IMG/VR virus record: IMGVR_UViG_3300012931_000892
Length of the DNA stretch: 20,270 bases
Origin: a virus
Direction: 5' to 3' (one strand)
Part shown: piece after piece, positions 7,349-15,752 of the stretch
How the letters are laid out: each line of letters opens with the position of its first letter
Position numbering within the stretch: the first letter of the stretch is position 1
Made by a program: the position numbers and the translations under genes
Notes under the pieces: generated by a model
The model's input: the letters and a program-made list of their open reading frames with translations, nothing else
Told to the model about the DNA's origin: nothing
The model's database searches: none

Positions 7349-7543
7349 CTAGAAGTCGCGGTCGCCAATGATCAGCACCCAGCGCAGCATGTTCGGCTTG
7401 CCGGGCGGTTGGATCAGCAGCGCCGGAGCGCCTTGGAACTTGCCCTCCTGGAGCACATCCCAACGATCCGTTCCAGCCTCGCGAACCCTGTTTTTGCCTT
7501 TGAGACTCTTTGGAACCAACCTGACCGACACGACCTTTTCCAT
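7349..7543 (-). CDS. hypothetical small protein (64 aa)
   Basis: ORF starting 1 nt after the RNA ligase stop. No recognisable motif. Confidence 0.25.
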   Translation of the reverse strand: MEKVVSVRLVPKSLKGKNRVREAGTDRWDVLQEGKFQGAPALLIQPPGKPNMLRWVLIIGDRDF

Positions 7544-7544
7544 A

Positions 7545-8258
7545 CTACTTCCCCAGCTTGTTCTTGATGATGTCGGCTCGTGTGGAGAAGTGCGACCCAG
7601 CGATGAACCCGTGCCGCACCATTTTGAAACGATATATCACCCACCTACCGTCGCCGACCTTTATGTACGCGCCCTCGCGCAGATCCCTGGACGAGAAGGA
7701 CGACCGCTGCCGGAGCATAGCCGCCAGCTGTTCCGGGTCCTTGATCGGTCCGCTGTGGAGTTGTGGCACCACCTCGAACCCCGCAGCGACCAGGATGCCA
7801 CGCGCCTCGAGCGGATCAACGAACCGCGCGGAGCCGTAGTCGTAGAGGTCGAACGCCATGAAGAACGACGGCAGCAGGTCGTACTCCACGCTGTGGCAGG
7901 CCAGCAGCCATTCGCCGAACACGCTCGTGTCGGGCGCGAGCCGCTCCAGCTCGTCGAACAGGTGCGCGTTCTCGTAGTACCAATTCCAGATCGGGGAGAA
8001 CTGCTTCTTGGCCGCCGTCCTGGCCGTGTGGCCCTTCCGCAGGATGTGGTTCCTGTTTCGGATGATCGGTCCCTTGGCCATGCCGACATTCGCCCCGTCC
8101 ACCTTCTCCGTCACCTGGACGCGGTCGGATTCGAAGATGATCCGGCACTCGTCCTCGGTGGCGACCAGGTCGTCACGGGTGGCATTGGGATTCCACGGCA
8201 GATGCTGCGTCCTAGGGTAGTCGGGTAGGATGTCCCGTTCGTTGACGAATCTGGACAT
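7545..8258 (-). CDS. ATP-dependent RNA ligase (Rnl2/PF09414-like nucleotidyltransferase)
   Basis: 'YPRTQHLPW....VTEKVDGANVGM' matches the KYPRTxHL ... EKxDGxN adenylylation (KxDG) motif of this ligase family. ATG at 8256-8258, directly abutting the ParB-like stop. Confidence 0.6.
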   Translation of the reverse strand: MSRFVNERDILPDYPRTQHLPWNPNATRDDLVATEDECRIIFESDRVQVTEKVDGANVGMAKGPIIRNRNHILRKGHTARTAAKKQFSPIWNWYYENAHLFDELERLAPDTSVFGEWLLACHSVEYDLLPSFFMAFDLYDYGSARFVDPLEARGILVAAGFEVVPQLHSGPIKDPEQLAAMLRQRSSFSSRDLREGAYIKVGDGRWVIYRFKMVRHGFIAGSHFSTRADIIKNKLGK

Positions 8259-8675
8259 TTAGAACTCTGGAGCTTTCCTGGTTTTTCCCGTTAGGTAGTT
8301 CAGCGTGGACACGAGTCCGCTGTAGGATGCTGGTATGCGCCTGCGGCGCAGGATGGACACAGCGATCAGCCTGTGGTGTCCGTCGACCACTATCGGCCCG
8401 TAGAAATGACCGTTGTAGGTATCGTTGTCCAGGACGATGGCGTCTATCCTGCTGGGATTCTCGACGAAAAAGCGAATCCTGGCGATGTGCTGGCGGCGAG
8501 AGACGATGCGCTCTTTACTCCAGCGGATCGGCGTCTTGCGCGACGAATATCTGTAGAGGCTGCAGACAACCGTTTCCTCGTCGAGACCCAGGGTCACATA
8601 TGGATCATAGTAGTGAAGCAGGCGACCAACAAGCACCATATTGGTTTCCTGCGATATCTCATCTATGTGCTCCAT
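8259..8675 (-). CDS. ParB-like nuclease (ParB/Srx fold) domain protein
   Basis: 'GPIVVDGHHRLIAVSI' matches the DGxHR(L/R) ParB N-terminal domain motif. ATG at 8673-8675 with GGAG upstream. Confidence 0.5.
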   Translation of the reverse strand: MEHIDEISQETNMVLVGRLLHYYDPYVTLGLDEETVVCSLYRYSSRKTPIRWSKERIVSRRQHIARIRFFVENPSRIDAIVLDNDTYNGHFYGPIVVDGHHRLIAVSILRRRRIPASYSGLVSTLNYLTGKTRKAPEF

Positions 8676-8685
8676 GGGAAAGCTC

Positions 8686-9357
8686 CTAGTCCGCCACTAC
8701 GCTCCATTCAGAGGTGAATTCCTTGATCTCTTTGGCCTTTTGTCGGATTTCGTCCGCTGTCCAGGCCAATGCCTCGTTGTTACCTCCGGCTAGGTTCCAG
8801 ACGAAACGGTGCGCCGTCAGGGTGCTCGGCTTGCCATTCGAGGCGAGCACGGCCACGAGTACGTGCGTGAAGCCCATGTCCATGACGCGCTTGCGCTCGT
8901 CCTCGGAGCAGTCCGGATCGCGCAGATATGCGTCGAGAGTGTAAACCACTGTGAACACTTTGTCCACCGGTATAGCAAGGGTCTTGCGGATTGTCCTCGA
9001 AAACGTCTTAGCACCATTGGCGGACTCGATCTTTTCGTGGATGGTGATGGTCCTATATCGTTTCAGGTACATTCCCACATCGCCACGGTTGACCCGGATG
9101 ACATAGTCGTCCGGATCTTGCGTCCGATGGCCGACCCCGCTGGACACGAAAGAGCAGACTTCTTGACCAAGAGCAATGTATCCTTGACCTGGTTGTCGGC
9201 AAGCCCACCACGGATAGTTCGTGATGGCATTAGCTAGACAAAACATGAACTTCTCTTTGTCTAGCACTTTGCTTCCGATCGTATTCTCGTCGAACGCCGT
9301 TACGATGTCGGCGAGTCCGATACATAAGCCGTGGTAACAGAAACTCATATGTTTCAT
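8686..9357 (-). CDS. hypothetical protein (223 aa), no motif recognised
   Basis: ATG at 9355-9357 with AGGA upstream. Sits in the same tight run as the ParB-like and RNA ligase genes. Confidence 0.45.
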   Translation of the reverse strand: MKHMSFCYHGLCIGLADIVTAFDENTIGSKVLDKEKFMFCLANAITNYPWWACRQPGQGYIALGQEVCSFVSSGVGHRTQDPDDYVIRVNRGDVGMYLKRYRTITIHEKIESANGAKTFSRTIRKTLAIPVDKVFTVVYTLDAYLRDPDCSEDERKRVMDMGFTHVLVAVLASNGKPSTLTAHRFVWNLAGGNNEALAWTADEIRQKAKEIKEFTSEWSVVAD

Positions 9358-9405
9358 AGTGTCCTACTGGCCTCCAAACTATTCTGCCAACAGTTTGGGA
9401 AACGG

Positions 9406-10038
9406 TCACACAATCTCGTCTACCATTCCCAGTTTGAGAGCTTTGTGTGCGCCAAACCAGATGTCGTGTTTGAGGATCCCGTCCAACTTTTTCCGCTTGA
9501 TTTTGGTGTACTTGAGGTAGACATCCCGGATCTGCCGCATAAACGATTTGCTATTTTCCATGTCATCGAGGAGTTCCTCGTACTTGCCAAAGTGCCAGCC
9601 TGACAATTGATGGATTAGGATGTAGGCGCTAGCGTTGATAGTTCGCTTGGCAGCCACCATAAACGGGAACGTGGCCGCGCTGGCACACATCCCGTCAATG
9701 ACAGCGTGGACTGGGACAGGACACCGGCGCACGGCGTCCATGGCCGCCACGCCTGAAAAAACACCGCCTCCACCACTATGGATATGGAGGATGATCGGGA
9801 GCGGGTCGCCACCGTTCTCGATCGCCTGGGTGCGCTGCTTATTGGATAAGGTGTGAAGAGTGTCGATCAGGACTGCGACCGTCTTGGTCATGATGGGGGC
9901 GTAGAAGTAGATGTGGTTCCCCACCAGTCGGATCTCGGAGTCGTCGTCGTGATCAGCGGATCCCCACAGCGGCTGGTCGTTTTCCTTCTCTTCTTCTTCC
10001 TTGGTTTGCCTGCCCCTTTTCCGGATGTCGGCCATCAT
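9406..10038 (-). CDS. clpP: ClpP-family (peptidase S14) serine protease
   Basis: 'ILHIHSGGGGVFSGVAAMDAV', 'VIDGMCASAATFPFMVAAKR' (catalytic Ser), 'ILIHQLSG' (His) and 'IRDVYLKY' (Asp) align with the ClpP catalytic triad regions. ATGATG at 10038 is preceded by GAGGAG. The longer N-terminal extension in the supplied ORF is probably untranslated. Confidence 0.65.
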   Translation of the reverse strand: MMADIRKRGRQTKEEEEKENDQPLWGSADHDDDSEIRLVGNHIYFYAPIMTKTVAVLIDTLHTLSNKQRTQAIENGGDPLPIILHIHSGGGGVFSGVAAMDAVRRCPVPVHAVIDGMCASAATFPFMVAAKRTINASAYILIHQLSGWHFGKYEELLDDMENSKSFMRQIRDVYLKYTKIKRKKLDGILKHDIWFGAHKALKLGMVDEIV

Positions 10039-10048
10039 TACTTTCTCC

Positions 10049-10330
10049 TCATTGTCGAAAAAGGCCCTCGATGCTGATTTGGTTGATGCCGATGATGGCA
10101 TCCCGCTCATCACCTCGTTCCACCATTATTCCACCAATTAAACGCAGCGCAGGATCTCCCCCCGGAATGTGACGGTCAATCCTGTCGCCAGGCACATATA
10201 TACCAATGAGCCCGATACCATCTCCCATTGGTTCATATACAGCCAAGCGTAGTTCGAGCAAGAATGCTGCATCCCATGGTCCTAAGGACAGGAGAGCTCC
10301 ATGTCTTCGGTAGCTATTGGTCGCGTCCAT
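10049..10330 (-). CDS. hypothetical small protein (93 aa)
   Basis: ATG at 10328-10330 with AAGGA upstream. Its stop sits inside the ClpP RBS. Confidence 0.35.
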   Translation of the reverse strand: MDATNSYRRHGALLSLGPWDAAFLLELRLAVYEPMGDGIGLIGIYVPGDRIDRHIPGGDPALRLIGGIMVERGDERDAIIGINQISIEGLFRQ

Positions 10331-11663
10331 GCTGTTCCTTATCTTTCTCCGCTAAAACGGCATAGATATTGCCCCAAATTTTCTCGATGAGGAACACGTG
10401 CGACTTGTCGCCATCCCCCTTCTTGCTCAGGTGATGGGCCAGTTCATGGATCATGGTGATGAGCGTCTTGACCATGTCAGACAGCACGGCTTTCGACACC
10501 ATGATCATTTTCCCGTTCCAGAGGCCCCACCGATCATCGGAACGGAACGATACGACATCCAGGATCTCCATCGGCACCCTGTGGCCTGCGCGACCAATAA
10601 GATCAACGGCCTTCTCCAGGTTTGCCTGCTCCTCCTGGGAAAGGTCCGACCAAGAATGCCGCACGACGATCTCCTCCCCCGCTTTCCTCTTGATCCCCTC
10701 AATGCCATCCTCTATGCCCATGAGGGTCTGAAGCAGCTTGGCCAATGTGGCAGGTAGAACGATACCCTTCTTTCCGAAGTGGTCAAGATCCTTGGACTCC
10801 ATGATGTTGGCTACCGGTACCGCTTCGCTGCCGAAGGTCCTGGTAAATTCGGAGACCAGTGCCGTCCTGGCCTCGTCGGACAAGTAAGACATCGAGTAGG
10901 ACGAGAGATCATTCGTGTCTGGTGCATCCTTACTCAGAAGGTCGTACAGCTTCCCCACCAGCGTCGGCCTGATTGATACAGCTTTCGCCCATATCGTAGC
11001 CAGACGCCAACCGAGATCGTACTGCGAGATGACCTTACGGTCCCTGTCGGTCGGGGCGTTGAACAGGTCGTATCCCGCCATGAGCTTAGGATCGTACTGG
11101 ACGAAAATGCCTTTCACAAATACCTTTCCCGACATGGATGGGTCGAGCAGCAGGCTACCCCACTCATCCACAGCCACCTTGTCGAAGTCGTCCCGAAGGA
11201 AGAGGAAGTTGGACCGCATCTCGGCCCACTTGGCGGACGAGATCTTGTCCACCTCCACAATGATGCCGCCGCAATCTTTGGCCTCGGAGATATCGAACGC
11301 CAACACTTCGACCTGGAACTTCTTCGAGCGGATGAGAATCGGTTTCCAGATCTCCTTGCCAGAACGGATCACGACCTTGTGCCCAGCACGCGTTAGACAC
11401 AGACTGGACAATTTGATTCCTTCTCCAAATTGTCCAATCATATCTTGACGTCCCACCTTGGTTGTGTGACCAAACAAAAGCGCCTCATGGGACAGCGTTA
11501 CGCCTGCGTTCTCAATCTTTAGGACATGACCGTTATGCCAGATTTTCATCGGAGCCTTGAACTCCGTTTCAGCATCCTTGGCATTCTGAATAAACTCCCG
11601 AATACCTTGCTGCATGCCCCAATCCGGCAGGTATGTAGTCTTGACCGTCAATTCAATGCGCAT
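10314..11663 (-). CDS. GHKL-type ATPase (Bergerat fold) protein with a C-terminal HExxH zinc-metallopeptidase-like motif
   Basis: The N-terminus 'IREFIQNAKDAETE' matches the Bergerat motif I (ExxxNxxDA). 'ENAGVTLS' matches the G1 box. 'GQFGEGIKLSS' matches the G2 box. Near the C-terminus, 'LITMIHELAHHLSKKGDGDKSH' contains HELAH plus a downstream His. Start taken at ATG 11661-11663 (GAGGA upstream) rather than the TTG at 11684. Confidence 0.4.
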   Translation of the reverse strand: MRIELTVKTTYLPDWGMQQGIREFIQNAKDAETEFKAPMKIWHNGHVLKIENAGVTLSHEALLFGHTTKVGRQDMIGQFGEGIKLSSLCLTRAGHKVVIRSGKEIWKPILIRSKKFQVEVLAFDISEAKDCGGIIVEVDKISSAKWAEMRSNFLFLRDDFDKVAVDEWGSLLLDPSMSGKVFVKGIFVQYDPKLMAGYDLFNAPTDRDRKVISQYDLGWRLATIWAKAVSIRPTLVGKLYDLLSKDAPDTNDLSSYSMSYLSDEARTALVSEFTRTFGSEAVPVANIMESKDLDHFGKKGIVLPATLAKLLQTLMGIEDGIEGIKRKAGEEIVVRHSWSDLSQEEQANLEKAVDLIGRAGHRVPMEILDVVSFRSDDRWGLWNGKMIMVSKAVLSDMVKTLITMIHELAHHLSKKGDGDKSHVFLIEKIWGNIYAVLAEKDKEQHGRDQ

Positions 11664-11755
11664 CAGAATCCTCGTTTTCTTCAACCACTATTTTCTAGGT
11701 CAGTCCTACATGAATATTATTGTCCGCTTTATCGACGAAACCATTGACGAAACTC

Positions 11756-12283
11756 TTACCGTCTCCGCTCGTCAATGATCCATTCCCGGCGCCTCGGCGG
11801 CAGTCGTCTGTCCTCACCACGGTCGAAAATGTACTCCTGCTCTACCCCGTACACATCCTCCCTCATACAGGTTGGATTTCGACAGGAAAATCTGTCATCC
11901 CCAAGTGTCCTCACACCCCATCTCTCTCGGCAGTTAGGACACTTAGGCACAGTCTCGCCGTCGGCATAGATCGCCGACGTCTCGATGGGGTCATCCGGCT
12001 TTCCGCCGCCAAAGGCGTGCTCGGTCGCCATCTTGACGTGTCGGCAACGCTTGTTCGGCTCGTCGACCTCACACAGATCCCCCCCGGATTTTCTACCTTG
12101 GTGGCAAGTAACCGACACGACCGTATCTCCATCCATATGGATGGATACCGTGTGTAGGATCGGAAACGGACGCTGGTGGTCGCACCTTCCCTCGGCGTGG
12201 GACACGGCGCATCCGTTGCCTCCAGGCCCAGCCTTACAGCGCGTCCAGCGCCAGTCGGAAACGATGAAGATCCTCAACGCCAT
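11756..12283 (-). CDS. Cys/His-rich putative zinc-binding protein (175 aa), possibly HNH-related
   Basis: Multiple Cys pairs (CKAG..C, CHQG, CEVD..C, CPNC, CRNPTC). Basic C-terminus. Confidence 0.35.
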   Translation of the reverse strand: MALRIFIVSDWRWTRCKAGPGGNGCAVSHAEGRCDHQRPFPILHTVSIHMDGDTVVSVTCHQGRKSGGDLCEVDEPNKRCRHVKMATEHAFGGGKPDDPIETSAIYADGETVPKCPNCRERWGVRTLGDDRFSCRNPTCMREDVYGVEQEYIFDRGEDRRLPPRRREWIIDERRR

Positions 12284-12292
12284 GGTTAACTC

Positions 12293-12739
12293 CTATGCGG
12301 CTATTGGTGGTCCGCCCTTCAACACCACCACCTCCATCCCTTCGAACTCGTTGGGAAGGTTTGCCTTTTCTGGGTTGCTGGCGATGACATGGATCGAATG
12401 ACCGCGTTTGCCAGCACCGAGTCCGACTGCGTGGATGTTCTCGCCGTCCATGTACTGCTTCGCGAACCGCTTTACCTTGGCGGTCAGCTCGGGAGGTGGG
12501 AGCGCGCCCATGCCAGGTAGTTGGGGCAACGTTCCTGCCGTTTTCATCTGGGCGGCGGCCTCAGAAGCCGGAGATACCTTGACCAGTTTCGTCAGTCTCG
12601 CTCGTTCCCTTACCGCGCCCTTGCCCTCCCCGAATCTTTCGTCAAGGATCATGAGTTGCTCCTGCGGCGTGCGCTTTGCTCGCGCCTCCTGTCTCTCATT
12701 CGCGCGTCTACGATTGTCCTCTTTCTTGCTCGGCATCAT
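12293..12739 (-). CDS. hypothetical protein with a basic N-terminus (148 aa)
   Basis: ORF in operon context. Starts MMPSKKEDNRRRANERQEARAKR. Confidence 0.35.
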   Translation of the reverse strand: MMPSKKEDNRRRANERQEARAKRTPQEQLMILDERFGEGKGAVRERARLTKLVKVSPASEAAAQMKTAGTLPQLPGMGALPPPELTAKVKRFAKQYMDGENIHAVGLGAGKRGHSIHVIASNPEKANLPNEFEGMEVVVLKGGPPIAA

Positions 12740-12782
12740 TAGCTCCTTTGTCCGCTATGGATAAAAGCGGCGCGAAAATCTT

Positions 12783-13049
12783 TCACTGCAAAACGATCTT
12801 TTTCGGTTGCGCTCCAGGCCCAGGATCCGCAGGTGCGGCGAGATCAGGAGCCGCCAGGCGTTCCTCGGCCTCCTGGATAGCTCTCTCCCGCCTCTGCAGC
12901 TTGTCGCGTTGCTCCTTCAGATACCCTGCGCACACGGAGGAATCAGTATGGCACAGGCCGCCAAACCAGTTTGCCCACCTGTGGTCCGGCCTCGCCAAGC
13001 CGGGACCACCGCACACGTCGCATGTACATGGTTCCGTGAAGATCTTCAT
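12783..13049 (-). CDS. small Cys-rich zinc-finger-like protein (88 aa)
   Basis: 'CTCDVCGG..C..C' cluster. Start is 3 nt after the upstream stop. Confidence 0.35.
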   Translation of the reverse strand: MKIFTEPCTCDVCGGPGLARPDHRWANWFGGLCHTDSSVCAGYLKEQRDKLQRRERAIQEAEERLAAPDLAAPADPGPGAQPKKIVLQ

Positions 13050-13052
13050 GGC

Positions 13053-13772
13053 TCATTCCTCCGGTCCGTCCGGGGCGCACATCCAAGCCAGCGCCACGGC
13101 GTCGGTGTCGCCCAGTAGCGCCTCGCCGAGTCTTGGCAGTCCGTCCTCCAGGTTCTGCCCGGTTAGGAACTCCATCCACCTGTCCATGTGCTCGCGCGGC
13201 GACACCTTCTCCAGATCCATGACCCTGGCGGAGCACTCGAAGTCGCACTCATATCCTCCGCTCCAGGAATCATATGTCTCCGTGTAGTTCGGTTTCAGCC
13301 TGACGATGAACCACTGTCCTGGGCAGATGCCGTTCTGTATGGCCCAATCGGCTACCGGAGTCATGGAATATTCGCCGTCTTTACAGTAACGACACTCCGA
13401 TTGGAAGGTTGTCTCCCAGAGCTGGACCTCGTCGTTGGTGATCTCGAACTCGAGCCATGTCATGTGGTCGTCGCGTCTCCCGACATCCGGCAGCGCGGAC
13501 AGCAGGTGGAATTCCAGGTCCTCCTCACCTGTGTTCTGAACCTCCATGTAGACATAGACGGTGCTGTAGTCCGTGTGGTCGAGCCAGTCGAATGGTTCGT
13601 CCGATGGTGGATCGATGAGCTTCTCCAAGCTGTATAGGATGTCGTGTAGACGTTCACGAACCATATGGTCGCGCAGAAACAGTGAGGGCCACTCATCCGG
13701 ATTGCCTAACCAGCCTTCACATACATCCTCCTGGATCAGGGTAGACTCAGACATCACTTCCCATGTGGACAT
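13053..13772 (-). CDS. hypothetical acidic protein (239 aa)
   Basis: Start taken at the internal ATG (13770-13772; MSTWEV..) because GGGAGG lies upstream and the preceding ORF's stop (13784-13786) sits in that RBS. Confidence 0.4.
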   Translation of the reverse strand: MSTWEVMSESTLIQEDVCEGWLGNPDEWPSLFLRDHMVRERLHDILYSLEKLIDPPSDEPFDWLDHTDYSTVYVYMEVQNTGEEDLEFHLLSALPDVGRRDDHMTWLEFEITNDEVQLWETTFQSECRYCKDGEYSMTPVADWAIQNGICPGQWFIVRLKPNYTETYDSWSGGYECDFECSARVMDLEKVSPREHMDRWMEFLTGQNLEDGLPRLGEALLGDTDAVALAWMCAPDGPEE

Positions 13773-13783
13773 TCGGCCTCCCT

Positions 13784-14167
13784 TTAGCGGAATCTTTGGA
13801 CAATCATGGCAACTCGGGCAGGGTGCGCAACCGTGATTTCTGACAACCAATTTGCCATCCATATCGTTACACCTGATATGCGATCCAAACACAAACAGAA
13901 GTGTTTCACAAGAACAGGAAAGGTTTCTGTTGGAGCGAAGCAGGGAAGGAACCTATAGTTCCTTCTGCCCAAAAACCTGATGGCAATAAACTGCCATAAA
14001 AAACAGGAACTATCACGATGGTTGACACGGCAACGGCCTCCTTCAGCAGGTGAAATAGGGCATGTCACCTCTCTTTTTTGTCGATATTGTTGACAATGAT
14101 GGTACCATCCCAGCATAGGCCGATCGCGCACATAGCCAAGGCAATGACGGACAAATAATACATACAA
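13784..14167 (-). CDS. questionable ORF (127 aa) at the edge of an intergenic region
   Basis: Open frame only. Cys-rich and atypical in composition. Conflicts with a hairpin plus T-run on the opposite strand. Confidence 0.15.
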   Translation of the reverse strand: MYVLFVRHCLGYVRDRPMLGWYHHCQQYRQKREVTCPISPAEGGRCRVNHRDSSCFLWQFIAIRFLGRRNYRFLPCFAPTETFPVLVKHFCLCLDRISGVTIWMANWLSEITVAHPARVAMIVQRFR

Positions 14168-14304
14168 CTTCCATAGCTATCTCTTCCTACCCACAACCAT
14201 ATCCTCTGGGGTGAATCCAGGCGTCCCTCGATCTCTAGGATTGGAACGGTCTTGTGGAACCACATTATCCTACTGCGCTAGCGCTGTCAGGTTGTTCTAG
14301 TCCC
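13893..14304. promoter_or_regulatory. largest non-coding gap in the window (about 400 bp), separating two minus-strand gene runs, with hairpins and a TTGACA box; probable promoter/terminator region
   Basis: Lower coding potential and more AT-rich than the flanks. Perfect 9-bp hairpin GGAAGGAAC-CTATA-GTTCCTTCT (about 13947-13969). Hairpin AGGTGA..TCACCT followed by CTCTTTTTTG (14048-14080, plus sense). TTGACAATGATGG at 14090. Palindrome GCGCTAGCGC at 14275-14284. Confidence 0.3.
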
Positions 14305-14706
14305 TTATTGCCGCACCACAGATGTGCGCCTGCCGTTTTTCCATGTTTCCATGATTTCAAAATCCTTATTCGGATTTTCCCCAATGTACTCCACCCGAAT
14401 CTTCTGATCCGGGAATACATCGGCAATGTATGCGGAAGGCGTCACGGCCGTGCCAAGCCATGCGTCGTGAATCTTCCCCTCGGCAAAAAGAACGGCGTGG
14501 AATAACCATATCCTGTCGCCGGATTGATAGTGTGCGAACAGCAGATCTTTATCAACCAGCGGCGCAATATAGACAAGCAGGTACTTGATTCCCTGTCGAC
14601 GCAGCCACTGGCCAACCTCGTCCGCCAGATCCATACACCAGTTGGTAAACTCCCCAATGCTGTTGCCGGACTCCCTCAGCCATCGCGTCTCCAGATCTTC
14701 GGCCAT
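14305..14706 (-). CDS. hypothetical protein (133 aa)
   Basis: ATG at 14704-14706 with GGAGGAGG upstream. Confidence 0.45.
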   Translation of the reverse strand: MAEDLETRWLRESGNSIGEFTNWCMDLADEVGQWLRRQGIKYLLVYIAPLVDKDLLFAHYQSGDRIWLFHAVLFAEGKIHDAWLGTAVTPSAYIADVFPDQKIRVEYIGENPNKDFEIMETWKNGRRTSVVRQ

Positions 14707-14715
14707 GGCCTCCTC

Positions 14716-14949
14716 CTAGTTCATTCCCCCGCCTTCCTTTGCGGCGGCGTCGGACTGGCCGCGCATGATCGTAAGCGCTGCCTCGGCCACGTCCCTGATT
14801 TTCGGGGCGACAGCGAGCCGCACAACCAGAGGACTGTAGACAAACCCTGCCATGACCAAAGAAATGAGCTTGATCTCCGATTCGGATAAGTCATTTCCGT
14901 GTGATTCTAACACTGTAACCAATTCCGCCATCAGATCCTTCGCCGCCAT
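14716..14949 (-). CDS. hypothetical small protein (77 aa)
   Basis: Internal ATG at 14947-14949 with AAGGA upstream. The upstream stop lies at 14951-14953. Confidence 0.35.
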   Translation of the reverse strand: MAAKDLMAELVTVLESHGNDLSESEIKLISLVMAGFVYSPLVVRLAVAPKIRDVAEAALTIMRGQSDAAAKEGGGMN

Positions 14950-14950
14950 A

Positions 14951-15322
14951 TCATATTCCTTTGTGTGGAAAGCACCTGTCACACTGAATATTTCCGGTCT
15001 CGCTCCCGCAGGAGACACACCTCCGACCAGCTCCATCCTCCGTCCATCCCCTATCTCTGCTGTGCCATCGCTTGCCGTACGAAAGGCGCCGCAGACAAAT
15101 GTCCATCATCCACATATCCAGGTTGTTCCATGCATAGACAGTCAGCATACCGTCGCCGGAGATATCCAGTTCAGCGTGTAGACCCTTGCGCCTAGCCTCG
15201 CGCAGCATCTTCACTGTAAGCAGGGCGCACAGTCTGTTCCGCTCCCGAGGCGACGGAGGAGGGATGAACTCCAGCGCGGATTCGGTCGGGACATTCCGGG
15301 CAGGCATCGGGGCATTTTTCAT
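14951..15322 (-). CDS. hypothetical protein with a C-terminal CxxC..CxxC zinc ribbon (123 aa)
   Basis: ATG at 15320-15322 overlaps the upstream stop (ATGA). C-terminal 'CVSCGSETGNIQCDRC'. Confidence 0.4.
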   Translation of the reverse strand: MKNAPMPARNVPTESALEFIPPPSPRERNRLCALLTVKMLREARRKGLHAELDISGDGMLTVYAWNNLDMWMMDICLRRLSYGKRWHSRDRGWTEDGAGRRCVSCGSETGNIQCDRCFPHKGI

Positions 15323-15477
15323 CTATTGTTTTCCTTCAAGGTCTTCAGGGCGTCCATGATCGCCAGAGCTCGCCCTGCGGCATTCTGGTCTGCCATCACA
15401 ATATTGTTGTTGAGCATCACCAGCACCCTTAACAATCCGATGGAAACGATGATCAGGATGATCAGACATATCAGCAT
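15319..15477 (-). CDS. small membrane peptide (52 aa) absent from the supplied ORF track
   Basis: Translation is MLICLIILIIVSIGLLRVLVMLNNNIVMADQNAAGRALAIMDALKTLKENNR*. Its start is adjacent to the upstream stop (15479-15481). Its stop overlaps the next start. Confidence 0.35.
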   Translation of the reverse strand: MLICLIILIIVSIGLLRVLVMLNNNIVMADQNAAGRALAIMDALKTLKENNR

Positions 15478-15478
15478 C

Positions 15479-15616
15479 TTAGCACCTCGACAGCATTGTC
15501 AACATCCCCCAGATTAGTTTTGCCGCCAGCCAGACAACCAGGATCCCGAGCAGAGCGGGGGCAACTGCGCGCAGGAAACTCCTAGTCCGGCGGAATCTTC
15601 TGCGCCTGCCTAGCAT
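15479..15616 (-). CDS. small membrane protein (45 aa) with an Arg-rich N-terminus and one TM helix
   Basis: Internal ATG at 15614-15616 with GGAGGAG upstream. Translation is MLGRRRRFRRTRSFLRAVAPALLGILVVWLAAKLIWG.. Confidence 0.4.
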   Translation of the reverse strand: MLGRRRRFRRTRSFLRAVAPALLGILVVWLAAKLIWGMLTMLSRC

Positions 15617-15752
15617 GTGTGCTCCTCCTGCGTGGCGCAAAGCACGCGAAACATTTGAGGCACCAGCCCCATCCGGCATGGATATCAACCTTCCGCGACC
15701 GACAGACCGGGCATTGGCTCCTCTCGCTGATCCGCAACCTGACCGGATACAT

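Noticed and set aside
7368-8228. 286-aa plus-strand ORF
   Set aside because: It is antisense to the well-supported RNA ligase gene and has Arg/Pro/Leu-rich low-complexity composition. This is a typical shadow ORF in GC-rich DNA.
11684-11684. TTG start for the GHKL protein
   Set aside because: There is no RBS in front of the TTG. The ATG 21 nt downstream has GAGGA at proper spacing.
14275-14284. perfect 10-bp palindrome GCGCTAGCGC
   Set aside because: It is too short to call a site by itself and could occur by chance in GC-rich sequence. It is kept only as a note within the intergenic-region finding.
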